IMG/VR virus record: IMGVR_UViG_3300049058_000009
Location: 1-46,050 of that record
Source of the DNA: a virus
Lineage: Duplodnaviria > Caudoviricetes
Strand: one strand, 5' to 3'
DNA: 46,050 nucleotides
Shown here: in pieces, positions 9,631 through 16,634 of the stretch
Numbering within the stretch: the stretch's first letter is position 1
Layout: each line of letters begins with the position of its first letter
Notes under the pieces: model-generated
Told to the model about the DNA's origin: nothing
Databases searched by the model: none
The model's input: only the letters and a program-made list of their open reading frames with translations
Made by a program: the position numbers and the translations under genes

Positions 9631-9873
9631 ATGATGGATAAAATTTGGGCTACTGTTTTAGTTGGTGTATTCATGCGATACATCATCTTCGCAGCTGCTT
9701 TCCTCAATACATTACTCAACACGCGCATTGGCTTCTGGTGTTATGTTGGGTTAATGTTCTTCATTATGATAATGGTTATGTTGGAGGATGAGAATGGACA
9801 GACGCGCATTCCTCATGTCTATAGCCGCGTGCCTGATACCGAAGATTATCCAGGTCACGGTCCCTTACATTGA
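9631..9873 (+). CDS. Small membrane protein
   Basis: Two hydrophobic segments; start uncertain. Confidence 0.4.
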   Translation: MMDKIWATVLVGVFMRYIIFAAAFLNTLLNTRIGFWCYVGLMFFIMIMVMLEDENGQTRIPHVYSRVPDTEDYPGHGPLH

Positions 9874-10012
9874 TTATCAACCTACTCTTGCACAATTAAG
9901 GTTTTATGATGCATCTCTGCATTATGAGACTTACATTAGATGGAACCAACTTTTCTATATAAATAATCCTAGTTCGTTCGGTAAGATAGATGGGACCCTA
10001 AATGAAGTTTGA
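9788..10012 (+). CDS. Small protein with twin-arginine-like N-terminus
   Basis: GGAGG RBS; MDRRAFLMSIAACLIP. Confidence 0.6.
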   Translation: MRMDRRAFLMSIAACLIPKIIQVTVPYIDYQPTLAQLRFYDASLHYETYIRWNQLFYINNPSSFGKIDGTLNEV

Positions 10013-10196
10013 TTTTAAAATCCCTACTACACTTGAAGAGCTTGCTAATAATGAGGCTCCAAAAACTGTAGCTGAACTCCATGCTTACAATACTCCTTGG
10101 GCGGACCTTATGTTATGGTGTGTTAAATCTATTATTCTGCTAGCTAAAGAAGTTGCTTTCTTAAAAACTTTGGTTAATGATATAAGGTTCAAATAA
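10002..10196 (+). CDS. Hypothetical protein
   Basis: Overlaps the previous ORF; last of the cluster. Confidence 0.55.
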   Translation: MKFDFKIPTTLEELANNEAPKTVAELHAYNTPWADLMLWCVKSIILLAKEVAFLKTLVNDIRFK

Positions 10197-10452
10197 AAAA
10201 TACACAAAAGCTTTGATTCAATATCCGTGCAATTGTGTGCAGTTATGGGACCCTTTGTATATTAGTGTATAGGGGTGTGATGTATAATCACGTATAACCA
10301 TGCGCAGTAATGTGTAACACTTTGTGTCATAGGTGACAATAATTGTTGTCACACTAGACATTTAGTGTCATACCTTTGTGCAATACTGTGTAATCACGCG
10401 CACTTCTTTCTGTGCCATACTGTGCAGTTACGGGAAATCTTTTGCTCGGAAG

Positions 10453-10469
10453 TTGGCAAGCGCCATGCA
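10453..10469 (+). promoter_or_regulatory. Sigma54 (-24/-12)-type promoter candidate
   Basis: TTGGCAAGCGCCATGCA = GG-N10-GC, intergenic. Confidence 0.5.
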
Positions 10470-10691
10470 TTACTAGTGGATGTCGGGCGCGCTGAGCGCA
10501 AACGGCAGAAACGGAGAATCGCAGAAAACGTAAAATTTACATTCTCGTAAAATTGAGCGCCACGCTGGGCGTAATGTTCGCAGGGTTGAATGCAATACAT
10601 CTCTGCTTACTTAAATACAGAATCCGTCTATAACCTGACGGCTGGGATGAGAAACCCACTGGGACGCTAAGAACGTCTGTAGAAGGTGTCG

Positions 10692-10801
10692 TGTGTAATC
10701 AAACGGGTAGCCTGAGAAAATGCTAGGGCGGATGAACTAGAATGCTCAGGTTTTAAAGGAAACCGTTATGTCTGAGCCTAACCGGAGGGACAGATTACAC
10801 A
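10692..10801 (+). ncRNA. Multi-stem structured RNA candidate
   Basis: TGTGTAATC/GATTACACA closing stem, inner AACGG/CCGTT, AGCCTGAG/CTCAGGTT, TGTC/GACA. Confidence 0.45.
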
Positions 10802-10808
10802 AAATAAA

Positions 10809-10880
10809 GATGCTGAGAACCTGCATACGCTCATACGCGAGTGACAGACACGTATGTATGCAGGTTCAGATTCCAGCATC
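10809..10880 (+). ncRNA. Long hairpin RNA
   Basis: GATGCTG/CAGCATC plus GAACCTGCATAC/GTATGCAGGTTC. Confidence 0.55.
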
Positions 10881-10913
10881 TAATTAGATGGCCGATAGAA
10901 AAGAGAGTAAAAT

Positions 10914-11111
10914 ATGCCCTACGGTTTGTTTAAGATGGAAGACCATCGTAAGCATTGCATGTGCGGCGATTGTAAGAATACATCTAAGAAATTTGTAAGA
11001 GTTTCTGACCGGATGTATTCAACGTTTGAAACTGCCGCATTTGTTTTTGCTCAACGAGTGTTAGACGCCAAAGGCGAGTTATATATTCGCTACACTTCGA
11101 GGATACGCTAA
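10914..11111 (+). CDS. Small Cys/His-rich hypothetical protein
   Basis: HRKHCMCGDC; purine-rich RBS. Confidence 0.6.
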   Translation: MPYGLFKMEDHRKHCMCGDCKNTSKKFVRVSDRMYSTFETAAFVFAQRVLDAKGELYIRYTSRIR

Positions 11112-11230
11112 TGATTCTCGAATTTAGAATTTGGCATGGTGCAGCTAAGTTTACTCATAGATTTGAGTTTACTAAGCTATATCGCTACTGGTATTTACGT
11201 CTAGGTCGGTTCGCGGTCACAGTTCGATAG
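11111..11230 (+). CDS. 39-aa aromatic/basic peptide
   Basis: TAATG coupling; MILEFRIWHGAAKFTHRFEF... Confidence 0.5.
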   Translation: MILEFRIWHGAAKFTHRFEFTKLYRYWYLRLGRFAVTVR

Positions 11231-11306
11231 GTCAAACCAATCGGCCATCCAATTAGGTGTTGGAGTCTGGATACGTCGGTTGTCAGCAGAAACCGAAAAT
11301 TTCCTG

Positions 11307-11335
11307 TTGACAAGCTGAGCCGCCTGCGCTAGAAT
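11307..11335 (+). promoter_or_regulatory. Sigma70-type promoter
   Basis: TTGACA-N17-TAGAAT. Confidence 0.75.
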
Positions 11336-11389
11336 GGTTCTAGTTCGGGACGGTCCCGGCAACCTTCGTAGAATCTAGGAGATAGAAAA

Positions 11390-11734
11390 ATGGCTAAGAC
11401 TGTTACCAAGAATGCAGAGATTTCTAAGGCTTATGGAAACGATTTGCCTAAGCCGCTTCCTTTCAGCTATTCTTTTGAGGAATTGCAGAAGGGTGACGAG
11501 ATTCCTGCAGATGAGCAGCCAGATGCAGAGGATATTCGCAATCTGGTAAACTCAAAGCGTAATGCTAAGGCTCGTGCTGCTGCTAGCAATCAGGCTCTTA
11601 CTGAGGCTGGTGTGCAGAAGCCTACGCTGGAGTCGCCTGAGTTTAGGCTTGCGTCTATGGTTAAGGTTCTTGTCGCAGCTGGTAAGTCTGAGGCTGAGGC
11701 TACGGAACTGGCCAAGACTGTTCTTGGAATGTAA
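11390..11734 (+). CDS. Hypothetical early protein, likely highly expressed
   Basis: Own promoter, AGGAG RBS, biased codons. Confidence 0.8.
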   Translation: MAKTVTKNAEISKAYGNDLPKPLPFSYSFEELQKGDEIPADEQPDAEDIRNLVNSKRNAKARAAASNQALTEAGVQKPTLESPEFRLASMVKVLVAAGKSEAEATELAKTVLGM

Positions 11735-11816
11735 TACTAGTGCAATGAAACCTTGTGGTGTATAGGTTAACCACAACTCGTCTAAGCGAGTATAAATAGA
11801 CGTTAGGCTTAGAGCG

Positions 11817-11872
11817 GTATCCACTATCAGCAGAGAATATCATAATAAATTCTCTCTCTGCATAGTGGATAC
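11817..11872 (+). other. Long hairpin
   Basis: GTATCCACTAT/ATAGTGGATAC with inner AGAGAAT/ATTCTCT. Confidence 0.6.
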
Positions 11873-11965
11873 GTCGTTTTAGGAATAGTATTATTGTCCT
11901 AAAAGGGTGACGGTATCTGTGGGGTATATATCTCTACCTCAGACTAGTGCCTCAACAATGGCCTA

Positions 11966-12071
11966 GTGACACAATTCGTCAGCCTAGAATTAGTGAGAGT
12001 GTTTTGTTTTTTATTTTTTTTTTTTTTTCTAATACTATTTCTAAACTTAGGCAGGTGACACAACTTGTCAG
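11966..12071. promoter_or_regulatory. Two operator-like sites GTGACACAAyTyGTCAG flanking a T15 tract
   Basis: 11966-11982 and 12055-12071 (15/17 identical); second abuts a -35 box. Confidence 0.55.
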
Positions 12072-12101
12072 TTGACCCGCTAGGGTCTGTCGTGGTAAGA
12101 T
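12072..12101 (+). promoter_or_regulatory. Sigma70-type promoter with extended -10
   Basis: TTGACC-N18-TAAGAT with TGn. Confidence 0.55.
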
Positions 12102-12169
12102 AGAGGGGGATACCCTACCCTCATACTGTCACCTCCAGAGGACACTTTAGCTAGAAATGAGGTTAGAGT

Positions 12170-12373
12170 ATGGAATTATCAGTAGGCGATAGACTGAGAG
12201 AAGCTGGTAAGCGTATACGCGAAAAGCAAATACGCAATGAGCCAGAGCGCGCGAGAGCATATGCAGACTTCGCGCAGTTCAGAATCGGCAAAGGTTTAGA
12301 GTCTAAGGAATATCTACAGGCTCTTACGCAATTCATGAAGCAATTTATTCATGATGTGGAGAATTCAATCTAA
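12170..12373 (+). CDS. Hypothetical protein
   Basis: GAGG RBS, downstream of promoter. Confidence 0.65.
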   Translation: MELSVGDRLREAGKRIREKQIRNEPERARAYADFAQFRIGKGLESKEYLQALTQFMKQFIHDVENSI

Positions 12374-12385
12374 CTATCAGCTTTA

Positions 12386-12540
12386 GCTGGCTAGAGTTGA
12401 GTGTTTAATACTACAGGTTAGCTGGTGTTGACTCCGTGCCACCTATTAGTGACGCATCGAACGGGTCCAGAATGGACAGCTAGTGTCCAAGAAACTAGCA
12501 ATTCGTTACCTGTAGTATTAAGCACTCAATTGTGGCTAGC
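12386..12540 (+). ncRNA. Structured RNA closed by a 22-bp stem
   Basis: 12397-12418 pairs with 12508-12529 (one G-U); internal hairpins GTCCA/TGGAC and GCTAGT/ACTAGC. Confidence 0.65.
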
Positions 12541-12630
12541 CCAAGGGTGATGCCCAATAAGCGCAATAAACAATATAAGGTTTAGTAGTGACCCTGATTC
12601 CCAAAACTACTATTTACCAAGGAGAACAAA

Positions 12631-12801
12631 ATGTTCGAGGTAATTTCGGTAATCGGTCAACTTAAGACTGTTACTGAATGTAATGGTCTTACAGAAGCAC
12701 TTCGACATGCGCGATTTCTTCAGAATCTATATTATGGCCCGTGTCCTGAAATTCTAGGCTCAGCGCCTGATGCAATGATTCTGATTAAACCTGTGAGGTA
12801 A
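12631..12801 (+). CDS. Hypothetical protein (56 aa, not in track)
   Basis: AAGGAG RBS; MFEVISVIGQLKTVTEC... Confidence 0.65.
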   Translation: MFEVISVIGQLKTVTECNGLTEALRHARFLQNLYYGPCPEILGSAPDAMILIKPVR

Positions 12802-12802
12802 A

Positions 12803-13048
12803 ATGTTTAGACTCTCAATACGAGATAAAAAGATGAACTCGCGCTATTATTATTGCACGAGCTTCGAAATGGGTCCACGAACTTTCTCTGGCGGCGATAA
12901 AGATGATATTCAGTATGACCTTTACGGCACTACTTCTATGGCTATTAATTTTCCTCACCGGAAAGACGCAGCAGAAGTAGTAATTACTACAAGTTACGCA
13001 TTGGTTGATACTGGTAGCATCGTTGATGGAGAATTTATCTGTGACTGA
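12803..13048 (+). CDS. Hypothetical protein
   Basis: GAGG RBS, follows the previous stop. Confidence 0.6.
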   Translation: MFRLSIRDKKMNSRYYYCTSFEMGPRTFSGGDKDDIQYDLYGTTSMAINFPHRKDAAEVVITTSYALVDTGSIVDGEFICD

Positions 13049-13277
13049 AGATAACAAAGCTCCAAAACTCCGAGAACTACTCGATGATTTATCACGCGCA
13101 GTTACAGGAATGACGCGCAATGAGGCTGTAGAACAGAACATTTGCATTGCTTGCAAGCAGCCTCCACGATTTAAAACTGAGTTAGGACGTAAAGAGTTTT
13201 TCATCTCAGGAATGTGCGAATATTGCTTTGATGAGCTATTTGCTGATGAGGCTGAGGAAAAGCCAGAAGGATATTAA
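13041..13277 (+). CDS. Small zinc-binding protein
   Basis: CIAC...ISGMCEYC; GGAG + GTG start. Confidence 0.65.
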   Translation: MTEDNKAPKLRELLDDLSRAVTGMTRNEAVEQNICIACKQPPRFKTELGRKEFFISGMCEYCFDELFADEAEEKPEGY

Positions 13278-13278
13278 A

Positions 13279-13515
13279 ATGTCAATGGTTTGGAGTCACG
13301 ACAGCACAAATATCTATGATATTGTGACTGCCGAATTCGCTAATCAAGCACTATTGATTCGAGGAACAGGCACACGATTTGGTAAATTTTTTGAATGGAA
13401 AGCTGCTGTAACATCAGAAGGTTGGTATGTTACAATTGGCGATAGAGGTTCTGTTCAAGGTTCAACATTCAATCTTCAGCTTGAAGTAGCTACTGCGGCT
13501 TCAAGATTATTGTAA
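13279..13515 (+). CDS. Hypothetical protein
   Basis: AGGA RBS, start MSMVWS. Confidence 0.55.
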   Translation: MSMVWSHDSTNIYDIVTAEFANQALLIRGTGTRFGKFFEWKAAVTSEGWYVTIGDRGSVQGSTFNLQLEVATAASRLL

Positions 13516-13524
13516 TCACCAAAC

Positions 13525-13596
13525 GGGCCATTAACTCAATGGTAGAGTAGCACCCTTTTAAGGTGAAGGTTACAGGTTCGAGTCCTGTATGGCCCA
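13525..13596 (+). tRNA. tRNA-Lys(UUU), no encoded CCA
   Basis: GGGCCAT/ATGGCCC acceptor, ACTC/GAGT D-stem, CT-TTT-AA loop, TTCGAGT T-loop. Confidence 0.9.
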
Positions 13597-13600
13597 TAAT

Positions 13601-13702
13601 TAGTTAAGTGTTGAGTTGGTTTACTAGGGCAGAGAAGTTAGATAATAGATTCGACGCCTATTAGACTAGCGGCTCTAGTAAACCTATTGAACACTTGAAC
13701 TA
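13601..13702 (+). ncRNA. Long irregular hairpin directly after tRNA-Lys
   Basis: AAGTGTT/AACACTT, TTTACTAGGGC/GCTCTAGTAAA, TAATAG/CTATTA nested stems. Confidence 0.55.
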
Positions 13703-13817
13703 GTTGGTTTCTCTCAATAATCTCGCCGCGAGTATACGGGCATCCTAGATGGATACAGTGAGAGAGAATGTCGGCCCTATGTCGGGCTTAGGGGGAGTAT
13801 TTATATTCCCCCATTAT

Positions 13818-13938
13818 GGAAGTAATAGTTTAATCTCGAAAGAGAGTTACATCTACAGAATATGTCGTAGCTCTGTAATGGCAAAATTACTTAGATTTAT
13901 CTAGGTGTTACAGGTTCGAGTCCTGTTTACTTCCGCTA
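13818..13938 (+). ncRNA. Aberrant tRNA-like RNA with 45-nt D-loop insertion
   Basis: 8-bp acceptor GGAAGTAA/TTACTTCC, intact T-arm, D-stem GTTT/AAAT interrupted by 13835-13879, 6-bp anticodon stem with ATTTAT loop, 3' GCTA. Confidence 0.7.
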
Positions 13939-13952
13939 GAATCGAGAATATT

Positions 13953-14252
13953 ATGAGTAAAGCACGACGGCATACACATAAATATCATCGTGTATCTTTA
14001 GAATTTGGTAATGTGTGGGCGTGCGCGCTTCCAGAATGCACTCACTACATGCCAAAGCATATCGAGCGCCTTGTTATTGGCAAGAAATCTTATTGTTGGC
14101 AATGTGATGAGGTATTTATTCTCGATACTGATGCACTTAAAGAGGATAAACCTCGTTGCATTCCATGTAGAACTGGAATTAAACCTCCTGTGACTGAGAC
14201 TGAAGCACCATTAAGTCCAGAATTAAGGGAGTTGTTAGATAGACTACAATAA
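13953..14252 (+). CDS. Cys/His-rich zinc-finger protein
   Basis: HTHKY, CALPECTH, CWQC, CIPC. Confidence 0.7.
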   Translation: MSKARRHTHKYHRVSLEFGNVWACALPECTHYMPKHIERLVIGKKSYCWQCDEVFILDTDALKEDKPRCIPCRTGIKPPVTETEAPLSPELRELLDRLQ

Positions 14253-14259
14253 AGATAGG

Positions 14260-14346
14260 GCTGGGAATGTGGCTGAATATGCGGATATGCGAATAAGCCA
14301 CTGCCGATAAAATGGCGATAGCGTTACGGCAGCATTTGTTCCCAGC
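14260..14346 (+). ncRNA. Three-way-junction RNA candidate
   Basis: GCTGGGAA/TTCCCAGC, GTGGCT/AGCCAC, TGCCG/CGGCA. Confidence 0.55.
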
Positions 14347-14356
14347 TGCAATATTA

Positions 14357-14448
14357 GGATGCTATCGAATAAAGCTATGCCGCCCAACCTATGCGAGCAC
14401 GGGGTATCGCATGAAAGAATGGGATTAGCTTAAATAAGATAGTTATTC
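14357..14448 (+). ncRNA. Rod-like RNA with internal bubbles
   Basis: GCTATC/GATAGT, AAGCTA/TAGCTT, CCCA/TGGG, ATGCGA/TCGCAT nested. Confidence 0.5.
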
Positions 14449-14684
14449 ATAGCCCGCTGAGGCCCGAGGCTAAATTACTGTGAGGTTAAGGATGTAAATG
14501 GGTTGTCCCCATTGTAAACTTACCAACAAATATCGGGCAATAGAGAGAACAGTATACGAATAAGCATAGCGGACGTCACTATGACATCCTAATAGCTCTA
14601 AATAACATTGTTTCACTTCTGAACTTTCATAATTCACCTGTCCTATTAGTAGTAATTCCACTACGTAGGAATCGGAGGTGAACA

Positions 14685-14924
14685 ATGAATGAAGTTCGCA
14701 ATGTAGCCACGTTTCACAATGCTATCTTCGCCGTCCGAGCCAATAGGCCAGTAAAAATATTGGCTATCGGAGACCAAGAAGGTAAGAGTCCTGTTTATCT
14801 TTGTGTAGATGAACAAGGAAAGTCAACGTGGCAGTCAACGACTGAATTTACAATCATTGACTCCAATGCATTGCCCAATGTTAACCCAGAAAGTTTGGGA
14901 AGATTAACTTCATCGGGTAGATAA
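14685..14924 (+). CDS. Hypothetical protein with hairpin-occluded RBS
   Basis: GGAGGTG RBS paired by TTCACCT (14633-14639). Confidence 0.7.
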   Translation: MNEVRNVATFHNAIFAVRANRPVKILAIGDQEGKSPVYLCVDEQGKSTWQSTTEFTIIDSNALPNVNPESLGRLTSSGR

Positions 14925-14935
14925 GACACAGAAAT

Positions 14936-14965
14936 TTAGGGCGGCCCTTACCCCAGCCGCTCTAA
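14936..14965 (+). terminator. Hairpin, possible terminator or processing site
   Basis: TTAGGGCGGC/GCCGCTCTAA followed by an AT-rich tract. Confidence 0.4.
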
Positions 14966-14976
14966 TTAATATTAAT

Positions 14977-15063
14977 GCCGCTATGGTGGAACTGGCAGAC
15001 ACAAGAGACTTAAAATCTCTCGCTAGAAATAGCATACTGGTTCGATTCCAGTTAGCGGCACCA
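14977..15063 (+). tRNA. tRNA-Leu(UAA) with CCA
   Basis: GCCGCTA/TAGCGGC acceptor, AGAGA-CT TAA AA-TCTCT, long variable arm, ACCA end. Confidence 0.95.
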
Positions 15064-15076
15064 CTTCGGAGGTGAA

Positions 15077-15226
15077 ATGTTGAACGTAGAAATCTTCAAT
15101 AGATTAGGCCGATTAAACGAAGAACAAAAGGAGTCAGTCATTCGCGTGCTAGTCGTGGCAGTCCAAGACCTACAAAAAAGAGTTGAGGATTTAGAGAATG
15201 AGCGAAACAGTAGAAAAACCAAATGA
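15077..15226 (+). CDS. Small coiled-coil protein (49 aa)
   Basis: GGAGGTG RBS; AVQDLQKRVEDLE. Confidence 0.55.
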   Translation: MLNVEIFNRLGRLNEEQKESVIRVLVVAVQDLQKRVEDLENERNSRKTK

Positions 15227-15950
15227 CCCTTTCGCGAAGTTACCTAATGGTAGCACGCGCACTGGGGATTGTGAATCATGTGAGGCTAAAGAAGTTATCC
15301 TCACTAAATGCGTTAAAATTTGGATGTGTAAGGAATGCATCCAAAAGGATATTGATGCAGCACTAGAGTATCAAGCTCCTGAATTACAAGAAGAAAGATT
15401 CAGAGCACATAAGAACATTGAGAATGTGCATCTGGCTCATGTTAAGTCCGAAAATCAAGCCATTAAGATATCGACAGATATTTTTAATGCAAAGATTAAG
15501 GCAATAACTGAATTAAAGCAAGCGATAGACGCAGACGAGTCCATCCAAAATAAACATTTTGCTCTGGCGCAGGTAATTAACCAGCGTTACGAGAACTTGT
15601 CGCAAATTTTATTTGGTGTAAATCAACAGAAAGCTGAGATAGAAAACGAACAGAAAGCTATCCAGCACTATTACAACGAACTCTCTAAACGATTACACAA
15701 GGAAGAACGCGATAAGATTAAACTCGCTGACCTTGATTATAAACCTGAAGTAGTTAAGGAACTCAAGCCTAAGGAAGAAAAAGCTAGGAAGAATTTCGAT
15801 AAGACTGGCATCGCAGCACAAGTTCTTATCACTGGCTTAAATGAAACACTTATCCAAATGACTTGTGTTGGTAGGAATGTGGCGCCTGAAATGGCAGTCA
15901 AACTCCTAAATGAACAGGGAATTTGGGGAGATAAGCAGAAGAAATCATGA
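15198..15950 (+). CDS. Zinc-finger plus coiled-coil protein
   Basis: CESC...CKEC then long helices. Confidence 0.75.
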   Translation: MSETVEKPNDPFAKLPNGSTRTGDCESCEAKEVILTKCVKIWMCKECIQKDIDAALEYQAPELQEERFRAHKNIENVHLAHVKSENQAIKISTDIFNAKIKAITELKQAIDADESIQNKHFALAQVINQRYENLSQILFGVNQQKAEIENEQKAIQHYYNELSKRLHKEERDKIKLADLDYKPEVVKELKPKEEKARKNFDKTGIAAQVLITGLNETLIQMTCVGRNVAPEMAVKLLNEQGIWGDKQKKS

Positions 15951-16165
15951 TACGTTCAATCTGCACTTATCAAGATAACGGCAAACGTTGCGGTAAACAA
16001 ACACGCGCGCGTAGGGTTCATGAATACTGTAGGGCGCATACATTAATTGTTACAGGTAAGCGACGCCCTATTCCACATCAGGATAAACGTAAGCGTTCAA
16101 CAGTAATTCAAAAGACTGTTGAGCAGATTGCTACTCCAGTATTGAAAAAGAAAAAGGGCAAGTAG
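15947..16165 (+). CDS. Small basic CCCH-type protein
   Basis: C-x8-C...CRAH, Lys/Arg-rich. Confidence 0.6.
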   Translation: MIRSICTYQDNGKRCGKQTRARRVHEYCRAHTLIVTGKRRPIPHQDKRKRSTVIQKTVEQIATPVLKKKKGK

Positions 16166-16253
16166 TTAGGATTTTTCTACATCCCTAGTGACAGTAGGGA
16201 TGAAGTAAACTTCTAGTGAAAGTGTCCACTATTTAGGACGGTAAAGATTACAC

Positions 16254-16282
16254 TTGACAAAGGGGAAAAACCGGCGTATAAT
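16254..16282 (+). promoter_or_regulatory. Consensus sigma70 promoter for the replication module
   Basis: TTGACA-N17-TATAAT. Confidence 0.85.
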
Positions 16283-16307
16283 TATTTCTTTTGGTTGAGC
16301 CAAACAT

Positions 16308-16634
16308 ATGGAAAGAATAGCAGCAACGAAATTTCTTCGTGAAAAACTAGATACAAACGGACTTTCTGACTGGTCCATTAGATTTAATCAGTCAGATAAT
16401 CCAAATTACTTTGCACTATGTTCATATCGTGATAAGTGTATTATCCTTAACGCACACTATGTAGACCAGAATCCTGCTGTTGAGGTAGAAAATACGCTTA
16501 ATCATGAAGTAGCACACGCGCTTACTGAGAGTGAGAAAGATATTCACGGTCCTTTGTGGGCTGCGAAAGCTAAAGAACTTGGATGCACTTATGTTTCTCC
16601 ATTCGTTCTGGCGCAGATGTTGAGATTGTGGTAG
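16308..16634 (+). CDS. SprT-like metalloprotease domain (probable frameshifted N-terminus of the helicase)
   Basis: TLNHEVAHAL...HGPLW SprT motif. Confidence 0.75.
   Translation: MERIAATKFLREKLDTNGLSDWSIRFNQSDNPNYFALCSYRDKCIILNAHYVDQNPAVEVENTLNHEVAHALTESEKDIHGPLWAAKAKELGCTYVSPFVLAQMLRLW

Larger units (their letters stand above)
10867..11269 (+). repeat. 30-nt long-range inverted repeat enclosing two small ORFs
   Basis: 10867-10896 pairs with 11240-11269: 26 Watson-Crick pairs, 3 G-U, 1 mismatch. Confidence 0.8.

Noticed and set aside
10365-10600. ORFs 10365-10550 (+) and 10394-10600 (-)
   Set aside because: No RBS, atypical composition, overlap the promoter region
10640-10690. c-di-GMP-I riboswitch (GAAA...GGGACGC)
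   Set aside because: GCAAAC/GCAAAG elements and P3 pairing are missing
10700-10770. Hammerhead ribozyme (CTGAGA...GAAAC)
   Set aside because: No room for stem I and the core is non-canonical
13525-13596. Possible ochre suppressor (TTTTAA in the anticodon loop)
   Set aside because: Correct register gives CT-TTT-AA, i.e. Lys
10200-15100. CRISPR mini-array
   Set aside because: No regularly spaced direct repeats; the repeats are inverted
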